The notes: generated from the letters alone by a model not told the origin. DNA of 48,552 nucleotides from an uncultured SAR86 cluster bacterium (GCA_902511425.1 CABXFE010000004.1:1-48552), one strand, 5' to 3'. Counted from the stretch's first letter, positions 1-10,374 are shown. Numbers and translations are program-made.

Positions 1-219
1 GAATTATCGGAAAAAAATGCACTTAAGCTAGCAAGTGACTGCATGGATATTTTATTAAAAAATCAAAAAGATAGAGAGCAAACACTCAAAGACAAGTATA
101 ATGTCCAATCGATAACGCCAGCAGAAAGAAGAGATTTACAACAAATCATCTTAAAAAAGGAAGAAATCACTGACGATGATCGAAATTGGTTAGAAAAATT
201 AAGTTCGAAACAGGATTGA
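1..219 (+). CDS. dnaG: 3' end of probable DNA primase (partial, runs off window)
   Basis: Frame 1 is open from base 1 to TGA at 217-219 (ELSEKNALKLASDCMDILL...WLEKLSSKQD*). Assignment rests on the conserved dnaG-rpoD order; no diagnostic motif in this fragment. Confidence 0.6.
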   Translation, partial: ELSEKNALKLASDCMDILLKNQKDREQTLKDKYNVQSITPAERRDLQQIILKKEEITDDDRNWLEKLSSKQD

Positions 220-244
220 AAAAATCAAGTTTGGCATCACATAT
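216..244 (+). promoter_or_regulatory. possible sigma32-type promoter for rpoD
   Basis: TTGAAA (216-221), 15 nt, TCACATAT (237-244), resembling the TTGAAA-N13-15-CCCCATNT heat-shock consensus. rpoD has a heat-shock promoter in E. coli. The match is imperfect. Confidence 0.3.
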
Positions 245-271
245 AGTGAACGATTTAGAAAGAGGCATTGA

Positions 272-2077
272 GTGGATAAGTTAAAAAAACAAGGTTCAAG
301 GATTGCAGAGTTAATTGAGAAGGGTCGCGAGCAGGGCTATTTAACTTATGCAGACGTAAACGATCATCTCCCAGAAGATATTTCAGATCCCGATCAGGTT
401 GATGAGATCATTGGCATGATTAATGATTTAGGTCTTCAGGTTCATGAGACTGCACCTGATGCAGATACTTTGATGCTATCTGAATCATCGGATGACCAAG
501 ATGATATTGCCCTTGAGCAAGCTGCTGAAGCACTAGCTGCGGTTGAAAATGAAACTGGGCGCACAACTGATCCAGTTAGAATGTACATGCGTGAAATGGG
601 CACGGTAGACCTCTTAACTCGAGAAGGCGAGATTGAAATTGCCAAACGTATTGAGGAAGGTATGCGTGACCTGCTTGATGCAAGCGTTCATTACCCAGGA
701 ATCGTTGAGCACATCATTGATTTTTATGAGCAAGTTAAAAGCGAAGATAAAAAACTAAGTGAATTATTGACTGGATTCTTAGAAGAAATGGAAGAGGTTC
801 CTTCCGCTGGACCAGGCAGTGAGAAGGCTAAGCAATTAGAAGAGAGCGATGAAGAGGTAGATAATGGACCTGATTTAGCTGAAGTTCAAAGACGTATGAC
901 CAATTTGAAGCGTCAGTTTAATAAGACATATAAAGTAGTTGAATCAAAAGGTAGACATTCTAAAGAGGCTAAGTCTGAATTTGCAAAACTAGGATTAATT
1001 TTCCAGTTCCTTAAATTTTCACCAAAAATGTTTGAAGATCTTGCTTTCTTTGCACGCAGTGACTTGGCCGAAATACGCTTGCATGAGAAAAGAATTCAGT
1101 TCCTATTTGTTAAATCTGCAAGAATTCCTCGCAAAGACTTTATTGCTATGTACAAAGATAACATCACCAAAGTGAAATGGGTTGATTCTTTGATGAGCAA
1201 TAAAAAATACTCCAAAAAATCTCTTGAACACATCAAACCTGATGTTGTTATTGCTCAAAAAGCCATCAAGGCAGTAGAGGAAAGAGTGGGTTTAAGTGTG
1301 AAGGATATTAAAGAGATTAATCGTGCAATGTCTATGGGCGAGACTAAAATGAGGCGCGCTAAGAAAGATATGGTTGAGGCCAACCTCAGACTTGTAATTT
1401 CAATTGCTAAAAAATATACAAACAGAGGCTTACAGTTTCTAGATTTAATCCAAGAGGGCAATATTGGCCTGATGAAAGCTGTTGATAAATTTGAATACAG
1501 AAGAGGTTATAAGTTTTCTACTTACGCTACCTGGTGGATTAGACAGGCAATCACTCGATCTATCGCTGACCAAGCAAGAACCATAAGAATACCTGTGCAT
1601 ATGATTGAAACAATCAATAAGTTAAATCGTGTATCGCGACAGATGATGCAAGATATGGGAAGAGAGCCTACTCCAGAGGAGCTCAGTAAAGAGTTAGACA
1701 TGCCAGAGGACAAAGTAAGAAAAGTTCTCAAAATTGCAAAAGAGCCCATTTCTATGGAGACACCCATTGGAGATGATGAGGATTCAAACCTAGGTGATTT
1801 TATAGAAGATACAGTCATTCATTCTCCATTGAAGAATGCTACAGAAGGCAGCCTTCATTTTGCAACCGATGATGTCCTGTCATCGCTTACAGCAAGAGAG
1901 GCTAAAGTTCTGAGAATGAGATTTGGTATTGGCATGAACACAGATCACACCTTGGAAGAAGTTGGAAAGCAATTTGATGTTACAAGGGAAAGGATTCGTC
2001 AAATAGAAGCGAAGGCTTTGCGAAAGCTAAGACATCCTAGTCGCTCTAGTCACTTAAAGAATTTTTTAGACGAGTAA
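272..2077 (+). CDS. rpoD: RNA polymerase primary sigma factor sigma70
   Basis: Region 1.1; region 1.2 [11 protein letters not shown]; region 2 [60 protein letters not shown]; region 4 [24 protein letters not shown]. Confidence 0.99.
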   Translation: MDKLKKQGSRIAELIEKGREQGYLTYADVNDHLPEDISDPDQVDEIIGMINDLGLQVHETAPDADTLMLSESSDDQDDIALEQAAEALAAVENETGRTTDPVRMYMREMGTVDLLTREGEIEIAKRIEEGMRDLLDASVHYPGIVEHIIDFYEQVKSEDKKLSELLTGFLEEMEEVPSAGPGSEKAKQLEESDEEVDNGPDLAEVQRRMTNLKRQFNKTYKVVESKGRHSKEAKSEFAKLGLIFQFLKFSPKMFEDLAFFARSDLAEIRLHEKRIQFLFVKSARIPRKDFIAMYKDNITKVKWVDSLMSNKKYSKKSLEHIKPDVVIAQKAIKAVEERVGLSVKDIKEINRAMSMGETKMRRAKKDMVEANLRLVISIAKKYTNRGLQFLDLIQEGNIGLMKAVDKFEYRRGYKFSTYATWWIRQAITRSIADQARTIRIPVHMIETINKLNRVSRQMMQDMGREPTPEELSKELDMPEDKVRKVLKIAKEPISMETPIGDDEDSNLGDFIEDTVIHSPLKNATEGSLHFATDDVLSSLTAREAKVLRMRFGIGMNTDHTLEEVGKQFDVTRERIRQIEAKALRKLRHPSRSSHLKNFLDE

Positions 2078-2083
2078 GATCCC

Positions 2084-2722
2084 TTATTTCCAATCTCCAA
2101 CTCGCCCGGTTAGATCCCAGTTGATTCTACTCCACATCAACTTGATGCGCCTCTCTACATAAATTTTTGCAAAAAACTTGCTATATTCTGGAAGCGGTAT
2201 AAATGATTTACTGCCCAGTCCATCAACAATTTTTAGAATTAGTAACCCATTATCTTTTTTAATGACAATGTTATGTGGAATGATATTTTTTGTCAGTACA
2301 AGGTGAGTCCTAAGCCAAGTCTCAAAGGTGCTTAATGCTTTTTTGATCTCTGGCGTTAATCCTTCTCTAAAAAGATAAGTTTCTAAAGTTTCAGAAATTT
2401 CACCTTCATCTATAATGAGTTCAGTCTCTGAAGCAGGCCCAAGGGTTGTTTCAACCATTCCATGCCACTTAGCTAAATGATCCCAAATAGAGGAATCTAT
2501 AGGAGACCTAATAGCTTTTTGATTATAGGCTTTTCTTTCGCGTAAATTATCATCAAGATCATCATTGTTTCCTAAGCGTTTATACCATGGTGAATTTTTT
2601 TGTAGATTTTCTAAGAGATCTTCATGAAGAACTTTGAGGCATCTTTTGGGGTTGTTAGGATTGATATAACATTTTCTGTTTCCGCCTTCTGCAAAAGCTT
2701 TCATCCCATTTAAGTTAATCAT
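2084..2722 (-). CDS. YrbL-family (PhoP regulatory network) kinase-like protein
   Basis: GGNRKCYINPNNPKRCLKV N-terminus, WHGMVET.LG, IPHNIV and IVDGLG motifs; 212 aa. Confidence 0.75.
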   Translation of the reverse strand: MINLNGMKAFAEGGNRKCYINPNNPKRCLKVLHEDLLENLQKNSPWYKRLGNNDDLDDNLRERKAYNQKAIRSPIDSSIWDHLAKWHGMVETTLGPASETELIIDEGEISETLETYLFREGLTPEIKKALSTFETWLRTHLVLTKNIIPHNIVIKKDNGLLILKIVDGLGSKSFIPLPEYSKFFAKIYVERRIKLMWSRINWDLTGRVGDWK

Positions 2723-2821
2723 TTATGAATAATAACTCATGATAAAACTTGAAACATTACTAATGCTTCCCTAAGTGATTTATTCTTATATAATGACTCG
2801 CTCTAAAACATATATGTTTTT

Positions 2822-2898
2822 GGGCCTGTAGCTCAGTTGGTTAGAGCAGTGGACTCATAATCCATTGGTCGGAGGTTCGAGTCCTCCCGGGCCCACCA
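2822..2898 (+). tRNA. tRNA-Ile2 (anticodon CAT, lysidine-modified, reads AUA)
   Basis: Cloverleaf with acceptor GGGCCTG/CGGGCCC, D arm, anticodon loop CTCATAA, T loop GTTCGAGT and encoded CCA. Paired 1:72 and no GGG/CCC anticodon stem, so not initiator. Pattern and position near rpoD match ileX-type. Confidence 0.9.
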
Positions 2899-2913
2899 TT
2901 CCTAATAGCAAGA

Positions 2914-3387
2914 TTATTTTTGGTTTATTTCAGCGTAGACTTCGCTTGTTCCATCCTTAAAGAGGATTAAAACTTTGTATGGCATAAATCGATCTCCGAC
3001 TTCCATACCAGGGGATCCTATAGGCATACCAGGTACTGACAATCCAATGGCATTAGTATTTTTCTCAGAGAGAAATTGAGCAATATATTTGCTTGGGACA
3101 TGCCCCTCAAAAATATAGCCATCTTCAGATACCGCGGTATGACATGATCTATATTCTGGCTTAATATTAAATTTCTCTTTGATCTCCACCAGGCTTTGAT
3201 GGTCTTTTGTGGCTGGATTAAAACCATTACTTTCAAGATGCTTGACCCATTTCTTGCAGCACCCACAAGTTGGAGTTTTATGAACTAATAGTGAAAACTG
3301 ATTATCAATTTCCTGACCTTGAAGTTCAAAGGCGCTCAATGTAATTGAAAATACAAAAAATATTTGGCTAAAAAATTTAATATTCAT
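2914..3387 (-). CDS. DUF411 / CopG-like exported metal-binding protein
   Basis: Signal peptide; KTPTCGCCKKW, SCHTA, EGHVP and GLSVPGMPIGSPGME motifs. Confidence 0.88.
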   Translation of the reverse strand: MNIKFFSQIFFVFSITLSAFELQGQEIDNQFSLLVHKTPTCGCCKKWVKHLESNGFNPATKDHQSLVEIKEKFNIKPEYRSCHTAVSEDGYIFEGHVPSKYIAQFLSEKNTNAIGLSVPGMPIGSPGMEVGDRFMPYKVLILFKDGTSEVYAEINQK

Positions 3388-3427
3388 TGCCCTATGATAC
3401 CAAGAATTAGATTGAAGAACTTTAAGC

Positions 3428-4846
3428 TCACGGCATAATCACCGCTTTAGTTTCTAGGCACTCTTCTAGACCATGAAGACCATGTTCTCTGCCATTACCA
3501 GAAGATTTGTAACCCCCAAAAGGTGCTCCTGTTCCTCTCGCACCGCCATTGATAATGACTTGTCCTGCTCTAATTTTTCTTGCAACTTTGTTAGCATGCT
3601 CGGGTTCACCCTGAACGTATCCGGCTAACCCATATTCGGTATCATTAGCCATCTCGATTGCTTGTTCTTCTGAATCATATTTAAGGATTGATAGAACTGG
3701 ACCAAAAATTTCTTCTCTTGCAATGGTCATATCATTGGTCACATTTGCAAACACAGTTGGTTTTACATAAAAGCCTTTTTCATAACCCTCAGGCCTCTCA
3801 ATGCCACCGGCAACCAAAGTGGCACCTTCCTCAATACCAATTTTGATCATTCTCAGTATCTTTTCATACTGAGGTTTGTTCGCAATAGGGCCAATTCTAA
3901 ATTCTCCTTGAGGATCACCAACAGTTGTACTATTTGCAGTTTGAGCAGCGACCTCAACTGCTTGCTCATAATTTTTTTCTGAAACCAACATTTTTGTTGG
4001 CGCATTACATGACTGTCCTGAGTTTAAGAAGCAGTGCCCAGCGCCGCCTTTGACAGATTTTTCTAAATTTGCAACATCGTCCAAAATTATATTTGAAGAT
4101 TTACCTCCAAGCTCTTGATGCACTCTTTTAACCGACACAGCAGATGCTTGCGCTACTGCAATTCCAGCTTCAGTTGATCCTGTAAAAGACATCATGGCAA
4201 CATCCGGATGGTCTGATAAGGCAGCTCCTACAATAGGACCATACCCATTCACCACATTAAACACACCTGCTGGCACCCCAGCTTTATCAAATATTTCTGC
4301 AAGAAGTAATGCGCAGTATGGAGAAATCTCACTCGGTTTTAATACCATTGAACATCCTGCAGCAAGGGCGGCTGATGCTTTAGTAGTGATTTGATTCATC
4401 GGCCAGTTCCATGGGGTGATCATTCCTATTACGCCTATAGGTTCTCTAATTAATGTGTAATCACCTTCTTTTTTTTCAAATTCATAGTCCTTGAGTGCAT
4501 CTAAAGTTTCATGCAAGTTTTTGATTCCAGTAGATGCTTGAGCTTTTTCCGAGAGCCAAATCGGAGCTCCCATTTCTTCTGTGATAGTTTGAACTAAGTC
4601 ATCATATCTATTTTCATATTCAGTAATAATATTGTTTAAGATCTCAATCCGATCTTCCTTTGAAGAATATTGATATGTTTGAAAAGCTGAAGATGCAGAT
4701 GTAACAGCATGATCAATATCATCTTTTGTTCCAGCAGTAACATGTCCTATGAGCTCTTCATTTGCTGGGTTGATAATTTCTATTTTTTCCTTTGATTTGG
4801 ATTCCACCCATTTACCATTGATATAGAAATTTAATTTGTCTTTCAT
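3428..4846 (-). CDS. NAD(P)-dependent aldehyde dehydrogenase
   Basis: ITPWNWP, KPSE, SFTGS, ELGGKS, catalytic GQSCNA, EEIFGPV, PFGGYKSSGNGRE. Confidence 0.96.
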   Translation of the reverse strand: MKDKLNFYINGKWVESKSKEKIEIINPANEELIGHVTAGTKDDIDHAVTSASSAFQTYQYSSKEDRIEILNNIITEYENRYDDLVQTITEEMGAPIWLSEKAQASTGIKNLHETLDALKDYEFEKKEGDYTLIREPIGVIGMITPWNWPMNQITTKASAALAAGCSMVLKPSEISPYCALLLAEIFDKAGVPAGVFNVVNGYGPIVGAALSDHPDVAMMSFTGSTEAGIAVAQASAVSVKRVHQELGGKSSNIILDDVANLEKSVKGGAGHCFLNSGQSCNAPTKMLVSEKNYEQAVEVAAQTANSTTVGDPQGEFRIGPIANKPQYEKILRMIKIGIEEGATLVAGGIERPEGYEKGFYVKPTVFANVTNDMTIAREEIFGPVLSILKYDSEEQAIEMANDTEYGLAGYVQGEPEHANKVARKIRAGQVIINGGARGTGAPFGGYKSSGNGREHGLHGLEECLETKAVIMP

Positions 4847-4962
4847 GCTGTGTCCTATTTTTTTAATATTAATCCTAACAAATTTTTACTTTAAGTTGGA
4901 CTAATGCTTGACCTACAGTACTCTCTAAGTTGTATAGTATTTTTCTAAAAGGATTTATATAT

Positions 4963-6267
4963 ATGTCAAAAATTATCAATGATTCGTTTACTTTGCCATG
5001 CGGCCAGGTAATTAAAAATAGAATATGCAAAGCTGCAATGACTGAGCGAATTGCAAAAGGAAATAATTTAGCCCATCAAGGTCATGTCAATCTATATCGT
5101 ACATGGGCTGAGGGGGATATTGGCATTTTGCTCACTGGCAATGTGATGGTTGATCAAAAGAATTTAGAAGGCCCGGCAAACGTAGTGATAGATTCAGATA
5201 ATTATAAAGATCACCTAGATGTCTTGCGTGACTGGTCCGAAGCTGGCACCAAAGATAATACACAGCTTTGGATGCAAATCTCTCATGCTGGCAGACAAAC
5301 TCCTGGTGAAATTAATGCTTCACCCATGGCGCCCTCAGACGTTGGATTAAAAATTCCAGGGCGCAATTATGGCATTCCTAAGCCTATGAGTGAGGAAGAA
5401 ATTTTAGATGTGATTGATCGGTATGTTTTCACTGCCAAAATTGCTCGTGAAACAGGTTTTACAGGAGTTCAATTTCATTCAGCCCATGGTTACTTATTAT
5501 CAGAGTTCCTATCTCCAGATATCAATCTTAGAAATGATGCTTGGGGTGGAAGTCTAGAAAATAGATCAAGAATTCATTTAGAGATTATTAAAAAATGCAG
5601 AGCAGAGGTTGGTGAAGATTTTCCAATTTCAATGAAATTAAACTCTGCTGACTTTCAAAAAGGTGGATTTACAGAGCATGAAAGTATTCAGGTTGCTAAA
5701 ATCTTAGAGGAAGCTGGATTAGATCTATTAGAAATTTCTGGCGGAACCTATGAGCAACCTAAATTGATTGGCGCTGATCAAATTAGCATTAATCCCGATC
5801 GCAGTGAAATTAGAAGAGAGAGCACCATAGCTAGAGAGGCTTACTTTCTTGAATATGCAAAAAATATTAGGGAGGCTGTTTCTTTACCTCTTATGGTCAC
5901 AGGCGGTTTTAGATCAAAAGATGGTATTGAGAAAGCCTTGCAAAGCAATATCTGTCAGATTGTTGGGGTGGGACGTCCATTATGCGCTGATCCTCATTGC
6001 ATCAAGAAGATGATCAATGGAAAGCTGGAAGTTTTACCTGCTTTTGAGAAAACTTTGTCTTTAGGTCCGTGGATTTTTTCTCCATCCAGTCCAATTACTT
6101 TGATTCAAGTAATCAATGCCTTTGGAGCCATGGCATGGTTCTATCAGCAAATTAAAAGAATGGCTGATGGTTTAATGCCAGATCATAATCAAAAACTTTT
6201 TAATGCATTACGAAAAGATACTAAGGCAGACAAGCTTGCTTTCAAAGATTATTTAGAACATAGATAG
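4963..6267 (+). CDS. NADH:flavin oxidoreductase (old yellow enzyme family)
   Basis: KNRICKAAMTE, QISHAGRQ, HSAHGYLLSEFLSP, R.D.WGGSLENR and EISGG motifs. ATG at 4963 preferred to TTG at 4930. Confidence 0.93.
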   Translation: MSKIINDSFTLPCGQVIKNRICKAAMTERIAKGNNLAHQGHVNLYRTWAEGDIGILLTGNVMVDQKNLEGPANVVIDSDNYKDHLDVLRDWSEAGTKDNTQLWMQISHAGRQTPGEINASPMAPSDVGLKIPGRNYGIPKPMSEEEILDVIDRYVFTAKIARETGFTGVQFHSAHGYLLSEFLSPDINLRNDAWGGSLENRSRIHLEIIKKCRAEVGEDFPISMKLNSADFQKGGFTEHESIQVAKILEEAGLDLLEISGGTYEQPKLIGADQISINPDRSEIRRESTIAREAYFLEYAKNIREAVSLPLMVTGGFRSKDGIEKALQSNICQIVGVGRPLCADPHCIKKMINGKLEVLPAFEKTLSLGPWIFSPSSPITLIQVINAFGAMAWFYQQIKRMADGLMPDHNQKLFNALRKDTKADKLAFKDYLEHR

Positions 6268-6280
6268 GTTTATGCAAGAA

Positions 6281-7480
6281 TTACCAAGAGCGGGTGATTT
6301 GGATGGAATCATTCAGGCTGTCCTTAGGCAGACCTAAAACAATAGATATTTCTTCAAAAACATCAGTTATAAATCTTTGAGGTTCAATATGACCTGCTTC
6401 AGGCGCCAATACTCCAGCTTGATTCATGCGACCCTCTGCAAGCATCTTAATGCCACAAGCCAATGGAATTCCTGTAATCTCTCCCATACCTATATTTTTA
6501 ATTTGTTCGTTCAGATCGGAGTCCTCTGAATTACTTGGTATACAAACCCCCACACTTGCTGGTATTCCATTTTTTGTGCCATAAGCAAAACCATACATGA
6601 CTGGAGGGTAATCACTTCCTTTATGTCTGTTTTGAGAGGATTGCTTGCTTTCTAGCAAAGAAAATAAATTAGCCGCTTTTTCTTTGCTGAGTAATCCCAA
6701 GTTCACTAAACTCATTATAGATTTAAGAATTAAGAAGTTAGCATGACCTCCATGAGCGAGGTTGATTGAATCTTTAAGAGTAGGAAAATAATTTGGGAAA
6801 GTTACCGCCTCAGGATGGCCAAATATATTTCCATTAAAATTTGTTAATCCAGGATAGTTGACATTGATTTTCTGGAGAGGCTTGACCATTTTAAAAGCAC
6901 CGTTTTGAAATATTTTGACTTGCCCCGTCATCTGCTCAATGCCATGCATCATGGCAGCATTTTCAGATTGTTGCATTGCATTTTCATCTAGTGAGGTTCC
7001 ACCAATATCCCAGCCTGTATAAACTGTAGTTACTTCATCCAATTCACCTATAGCAATGAGCGCCATCAAATTAGTTAGTCCAGGGCTTGCACCTAAGCCA
7101 ATAGTGGCAGTGACACCAGCTGATCTTGCCTTAGCATCAAGCTTCATCATATCTATTGTAGGCTCCCAATCATCGCAAATATCTATGTAGTTGCATCCTG
7201 AGGATATTGCGGCTGCAAGTATTGGAGCTCCAAACTTGAAATAAGGACCGCAAGTATTTACAACAATATCAATATCTTCCATGGCTTGATTTAGTGCATT
7301 GGCGTCATTGACATCAAGCTGAATGGCAGAAACTTTGTGATTTAAACTGTTCGCAAAAACCTTGGCAGTTTCCTTATTTATATCGGCGATGATGATTTCT
7401 TCAATAGCGCTATAGTTTTGTACGGATCTCATGGCATAACGACCCATGCTGCCACAACCGCCTATTGCAAGTATTTTCAT
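6281..7480 (-). CDS. saccharopine dehydrogenase-family NAD(P)-binding oxidoreductase
   Basis: GGCGSMG Rossmann motif, VVNTCGPY, YIDICDD, GLGASPGLTNL, GHPEAVTFP. Confidence 0.88.
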   Translation of the reverse strand: MKILAIGGCGSMGRYAMRSVQNYSAIEEIIIADINKETAKVFANSLNHKVSAIQLDVNDANALNQAMEDIDIVVNTCGPYFKFGAPILAAAISSGCNYIDICDDWEPTIDMMKLDAKARSAGVTATIGLGASPGLTNLMALIAIGELDEVTTVYTGWDIGGTSLDENAMQQSENAAMMHGIEQMTGQVKIFQNGAFKMVKPLQKINVNYPGLTNFNGNIFGHPEAVTFPNYFPTLKDSINLAHGGHANFLILKSIMSLVNLGLLSKEKAANLFSLLESKQSSQNRHKGSDYPPVMYGFAYGTKNGIPASVGVCIPSNSEDSDLNEQIKNIGMGEITGIPLACGIKMLAEGRMNQAGVLAPEAGHIEPQRFITDVFEEISIVLGLPKDSLNDSIQITRSW

Positions 7481-7542
7481 AATTTACTCCAAACCTTATT
7501 CACTTTATTATCAGGTAATAAATAACTCAACAATTTTTTATT

Positions 7543-8730
7543 ATGGAAAAAGATATAGACATTATCATTTATGGGGCCACCGGATTTACTGGAAAACTTT
7601 GTGTTAAATATTTCCAATCATTAAATACAACAGTCACCTGGGCAATGGCTGGAAGAAACTTAATAAAGCTGCAAAAGGTTGCTGAGCACCATCAAGCAAA
7701 AGTAGAAATTTTATTAGCTGATTCAGATGATGAAAGTGCTCTAGATAACTTAACTTCAAGAGCAAGGGTGATTTTGTCTACAACTGGACCTTTTCATAAA
7801 TATGGATCTAAATTGGTAGCATCTTGTGTCAAGAATCATGCTCATTATGTAGATATTACTGGTGAAAACTTTTGGGTTAAGGGCTTAATAGATAAGCATC
7901 ATGTTGAGGCATCAGCGAAAGGCATCAGAATTATTCCTTCATGTGGATTTGATTCCATACCATCTGATTTAGGAGCATTTTTTTCAGCTCAAGCCGTTGG
8001 TAAACCAATTAAAAGAATTGAATCATTTCATTCTTATGAGGGAGGTGCATCAGGAGGAACTCTTGAGACAATGTTCTCTATGGGAGAATTAGATCTTGGT
8101 GACGATCTCACAAATCCATTTTTACTCAATCCAGAAGATTCTTACTCTGATAAGCAAATGCAACTGAGCAGTGACAGAGTAGGCATTGCAAAAAAATCTC
8201 AAATTAATGCATGGTCTGGGCCTTTTATCATGGCCACTGCAAACACTAGAGTCGTTAGAAGAACGGAGGCATTGCTTGCATTAAGGCAGGAGTCTTATGG
8301 CTCTGATTTTACTTATCAAGAGCATGCCTTTCACAAGAGTTGGTGGAGTGCTGCAAAATCACTTGTCTTAACTGGACTCTCAGTTTTAGTACTTTTATCT
8401 CCATTGAAGAGATTGGTAAAGCCTTTCTTGCCAAAGCCAGGAGAGGGGCCTTCTGAGAGTGTTCAAGAGAACGGATGGTTTGATTGCAAATTTATTGTTG
8501 AAGCAGATGATGGCACTAAATCAGTTTTTAATATGAATGGAAAAGGAGATCCAGGATATAAAGTTACTTCAAAATTAGTTTCTGAATGCGCACTATGTTT
8601 AATTGAAGATCAGGATACGCTGCCTGGCGGAAGCGAATATGGCGGCATTCTTACAAGCGCCTCTGGCTTAGGTGAATCGTTAATTGCAAGGCTTAAAAGA
8701 GTAGGAATAAACTTTGAAGGTCCTCTGTAA
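7543..8730 (+). CDS. saccharopine dehydrogenase-like oxidoreductase (SCCPDH / trans-acting enoyl reductase type)
   Basis: YGATGFTG, AGRN, GPF..YG, YVDITGE, CGFDSIPSDLG, SGGT, PKPGEGPS, DPGY. Confidence 0.9.
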   Translation: MEKDIDIIIYGATGFTGKLCVKYFQSLNTTVTWAMAGRNLIKLQKVAEHHQAKVEILLADSDDESALDNLTSRARVILSTTGPFHKYGSKLVASCVKNHAHYVDITGENFWVKGLIDKHHVEASAKGIRIIPSCGFDSIPSDLGAFFSAQAVGKPIKRIESFHSYEGGASGGTLETMFSMGELDLGDDLTNPFLLNPEDSYSDKQMQLSSDRVGIAKKSQINAWSGPFIMATANTRVVRRTEALLALRQESYGSDFTYQEHAFHKSWWSAAKSLVLTGLSVLVLLSPLKRLVKPFLPKPGEGPSESVQENGWFDCKFIVEADDGTKSVFNMNGKGDPGYKVTSKLVSECALCLIEDQDTLPGGSEYGGILTSASGLGESLIARLKRVGINFEGPL

Positions 8731-8786
8731 ATTATGCGCAGATCAATTAAGCTAGTAGCTACTTAATTATTTTTTAGGTGATGAGT

Positions 8787-9299
8787 ATGAAACCAGCTTT
8801 AATTCTTTTAATATTATTTTCAATGAACACTCATGCATTGCCCTTAGATGAGCCTCAAGCTTGGCAAGGGGTGACTGATCAGGTTATGGGTGGGGTATCT
8901 AATTTAGCTATCAGACACTCTGATGGGGTGTTTTATATGAGTGGCAATGTTTCAACTGATAATAATGGCGGCTTTGTCAGACTTTCCAATAGAATTAATA
9001 TTAATAGCAATGATTTCAAAGGCATCAAGTTCAAAGCCAAAGGCAATAATGAAACTTATGAAATTCATGTAACTCTCAAGGGTTTAAAAATTCCCCCATG
9101 GTCATATTTCAGCCAAGCATTTGATGTAAATAATGATTGGCAAGAATATGAAATATTTTTCAAAGATTTGAAGAGAAGTTCTGGTTTCTCAGCCGCACCC
9201 ATGAAGGCAAAAAATATTAGAGATTTAAGTATTGCAGGATACGGAAGGGACTTTGCAGTAGATCTGGCAATTAAAGAAATTAGCTTGATTTCTAATTAA
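8787..9299 (+). CDS. CIA30-family (carbohydrate-binding-like fold) exported protein
   Basis: W..VTDQVMGGVS and GNVSTDNNGGFV motifs; signal-peptide-like N-terminus; AGGTG 6 nt upstream of ATG 8787. Confidence 0.85.
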   Translation: MKPALILLILFSMNTHALPLDEPQAWQGVTDQVMGGVSNLAIRHSDGVFYMSGNVSTDNNGGFVRLSNRININSNDFKGIKFKAKGNNETYEIHVTLKGLKIPPWSYFSQAFDVNNDWQEYEIFFKDLKRSSGFSAAPMKAKNIRDLSIAGYGRDFAVDLAIKEISLISN

Positions 9300-9300
9300 C

Positions 9301-9477
9301 CTAATCCCCAGCATTTTTTTCAAACTCTTTTAGATATTTTTCATAGTCCTCCCAATCGTGAGGAGTTCCCGCCCTGGGTTTTTCCATTTTGCTAGCTCGA
9401 TCCAAAGCCTTAGTTGACAGCTTGCTTGGGCTTTCTTTCAATAATTTTCGAAATGTTTTTTTTATTAAATTTTTCAT
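9301..9477 (-). CDS. small hypothetical protein, 58 aa (not in ORF track)
   Basis: MKNLIKKTFRKLLKESPSKLSTKALDRASKMEKPRAGTPHDWEDYEKYLKEFEKNAGD*. ATG directly follows the TAA of 9478-9768 and the ORF fills the gap almost exactly. Confidence 0.7.
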   Translation of the reverse strand: MKNLIKKTFRKLLKESPSKLSTKALDRASKMEKPRAGTPHDWEDYEKYLKEFEKNAGD

Positions 9478-9768
9478 TTAACGATTAAGAATTTTAAGAA
9501 GTTTTTTCATAAAACGTTTTAATGTTTTTGCAGATTCCTTTTCATTGAATGTTTCGATGACCTCAGACTGAGAATAGCCATCCCAAAAAGTTATTTGATG
9601 GTATTGTTCAAATTTAATTAATTCCAAAGAAGCTGAATCTAGATTTTGATCATCAATTAAATAAATTTTTATCTGGTCTTCATCTAATGAAATACTGATA
9701 TTTTCATACGTTGAAAAATAAGATTTATATAGATTCTTAACTCGCTGATTAAAGGTGAAGGCCTGCAT
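9478..9768 (-). CDS. hypothetical protein, 96 aa
   Basis: ORF co-oriented with the PsiE-family gene and filling the gap; no recognised motif. Confidence 0.65.
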   Translation of the reverse strand: MQAFTFNQRVKNLYKSYFSTYENISISLDEDQIKIYLIDDQNLDSASLELIKFEQYHQITFWDGYSQSEVIETFNEKESAKTLKRFMKKLLKILNR

Positions 9769-9821
9769 TAATTAATTGCGAAACTTTAAAAAGATCAAGA
9801 TTGCTGTGCTCTTGGCCAGGC

Positions 9822-10250
9822 TTACTGTGAAGAAGCCGAATCCCTAAATTCTTTTATTTTTTCTAAGCTAACTTTATCTTTAAAACTCATAATTACTGCA
9901 GCAATAGATAATATTAGTATGGCGGCAGCTTCACCTAGAACAATCAAAGCATCCATTTCTTTGCTCTGCATCACAATCAATCTGCATAAAGCTGTAATTG
10001 CAATAATGATTGGAAGAGTTACAGGAATTCTATTAGTGCTATAAAAAGCTCCCACCATTCCAATAATTTCTGCATATATAAAAAGCATAAATAAATCTGG
10101 TAGGGTAATTTCCTGTGCTAAGACCATGTCAAAAATATACAAAGCAGATGCAATGCAGGTAGCTATTCCAATAATAGCTAAAAGTAATTTTTCACTTGCA
10201 ATGGTTGTCCAGTGCAAACTTTTTGTAAGTTTAGATTGCGTATCTTTCAT
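9822..10250 (-). CDS. PsiE-family membrane protein
   Basis: Four TM segments; LPDLFMLFIYAEIIGMV and IPVTLPIIIAITALCRLIV signatures. Confidence 0.85.
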   Translation of the reverse strand: MKDTQSKLTKSLHWTTIASEKLLLAIIGIATCIASALYIFDMVLAQEITLPDLFMLFIYAEIIGMVGAFYSTNRIPVTLPIIIAITALCRLIVMQSKEMDALIVLGEAAAILILSIAAVIMSFKDKVSLEKIKEFRDSASSQ

Positions 10251-10374
10251 AAATTAATCATACCAAAGGAATATAGAATGAAATATTTTTTTTACTGAAA
10301 AGTTAAAATTCTGGCACCTTAATATTTATTGTAGTAAGTTAAAATGAAACATTAAATAGTTAAATAATAGACAT

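Noticed and set aside
2822-2898. tRNA-Met call from the CAT anticodon
   Set aside because: Lacks initiator features; sequence pattern and position fit Ile2 better, although elongator Met is not formally excluded
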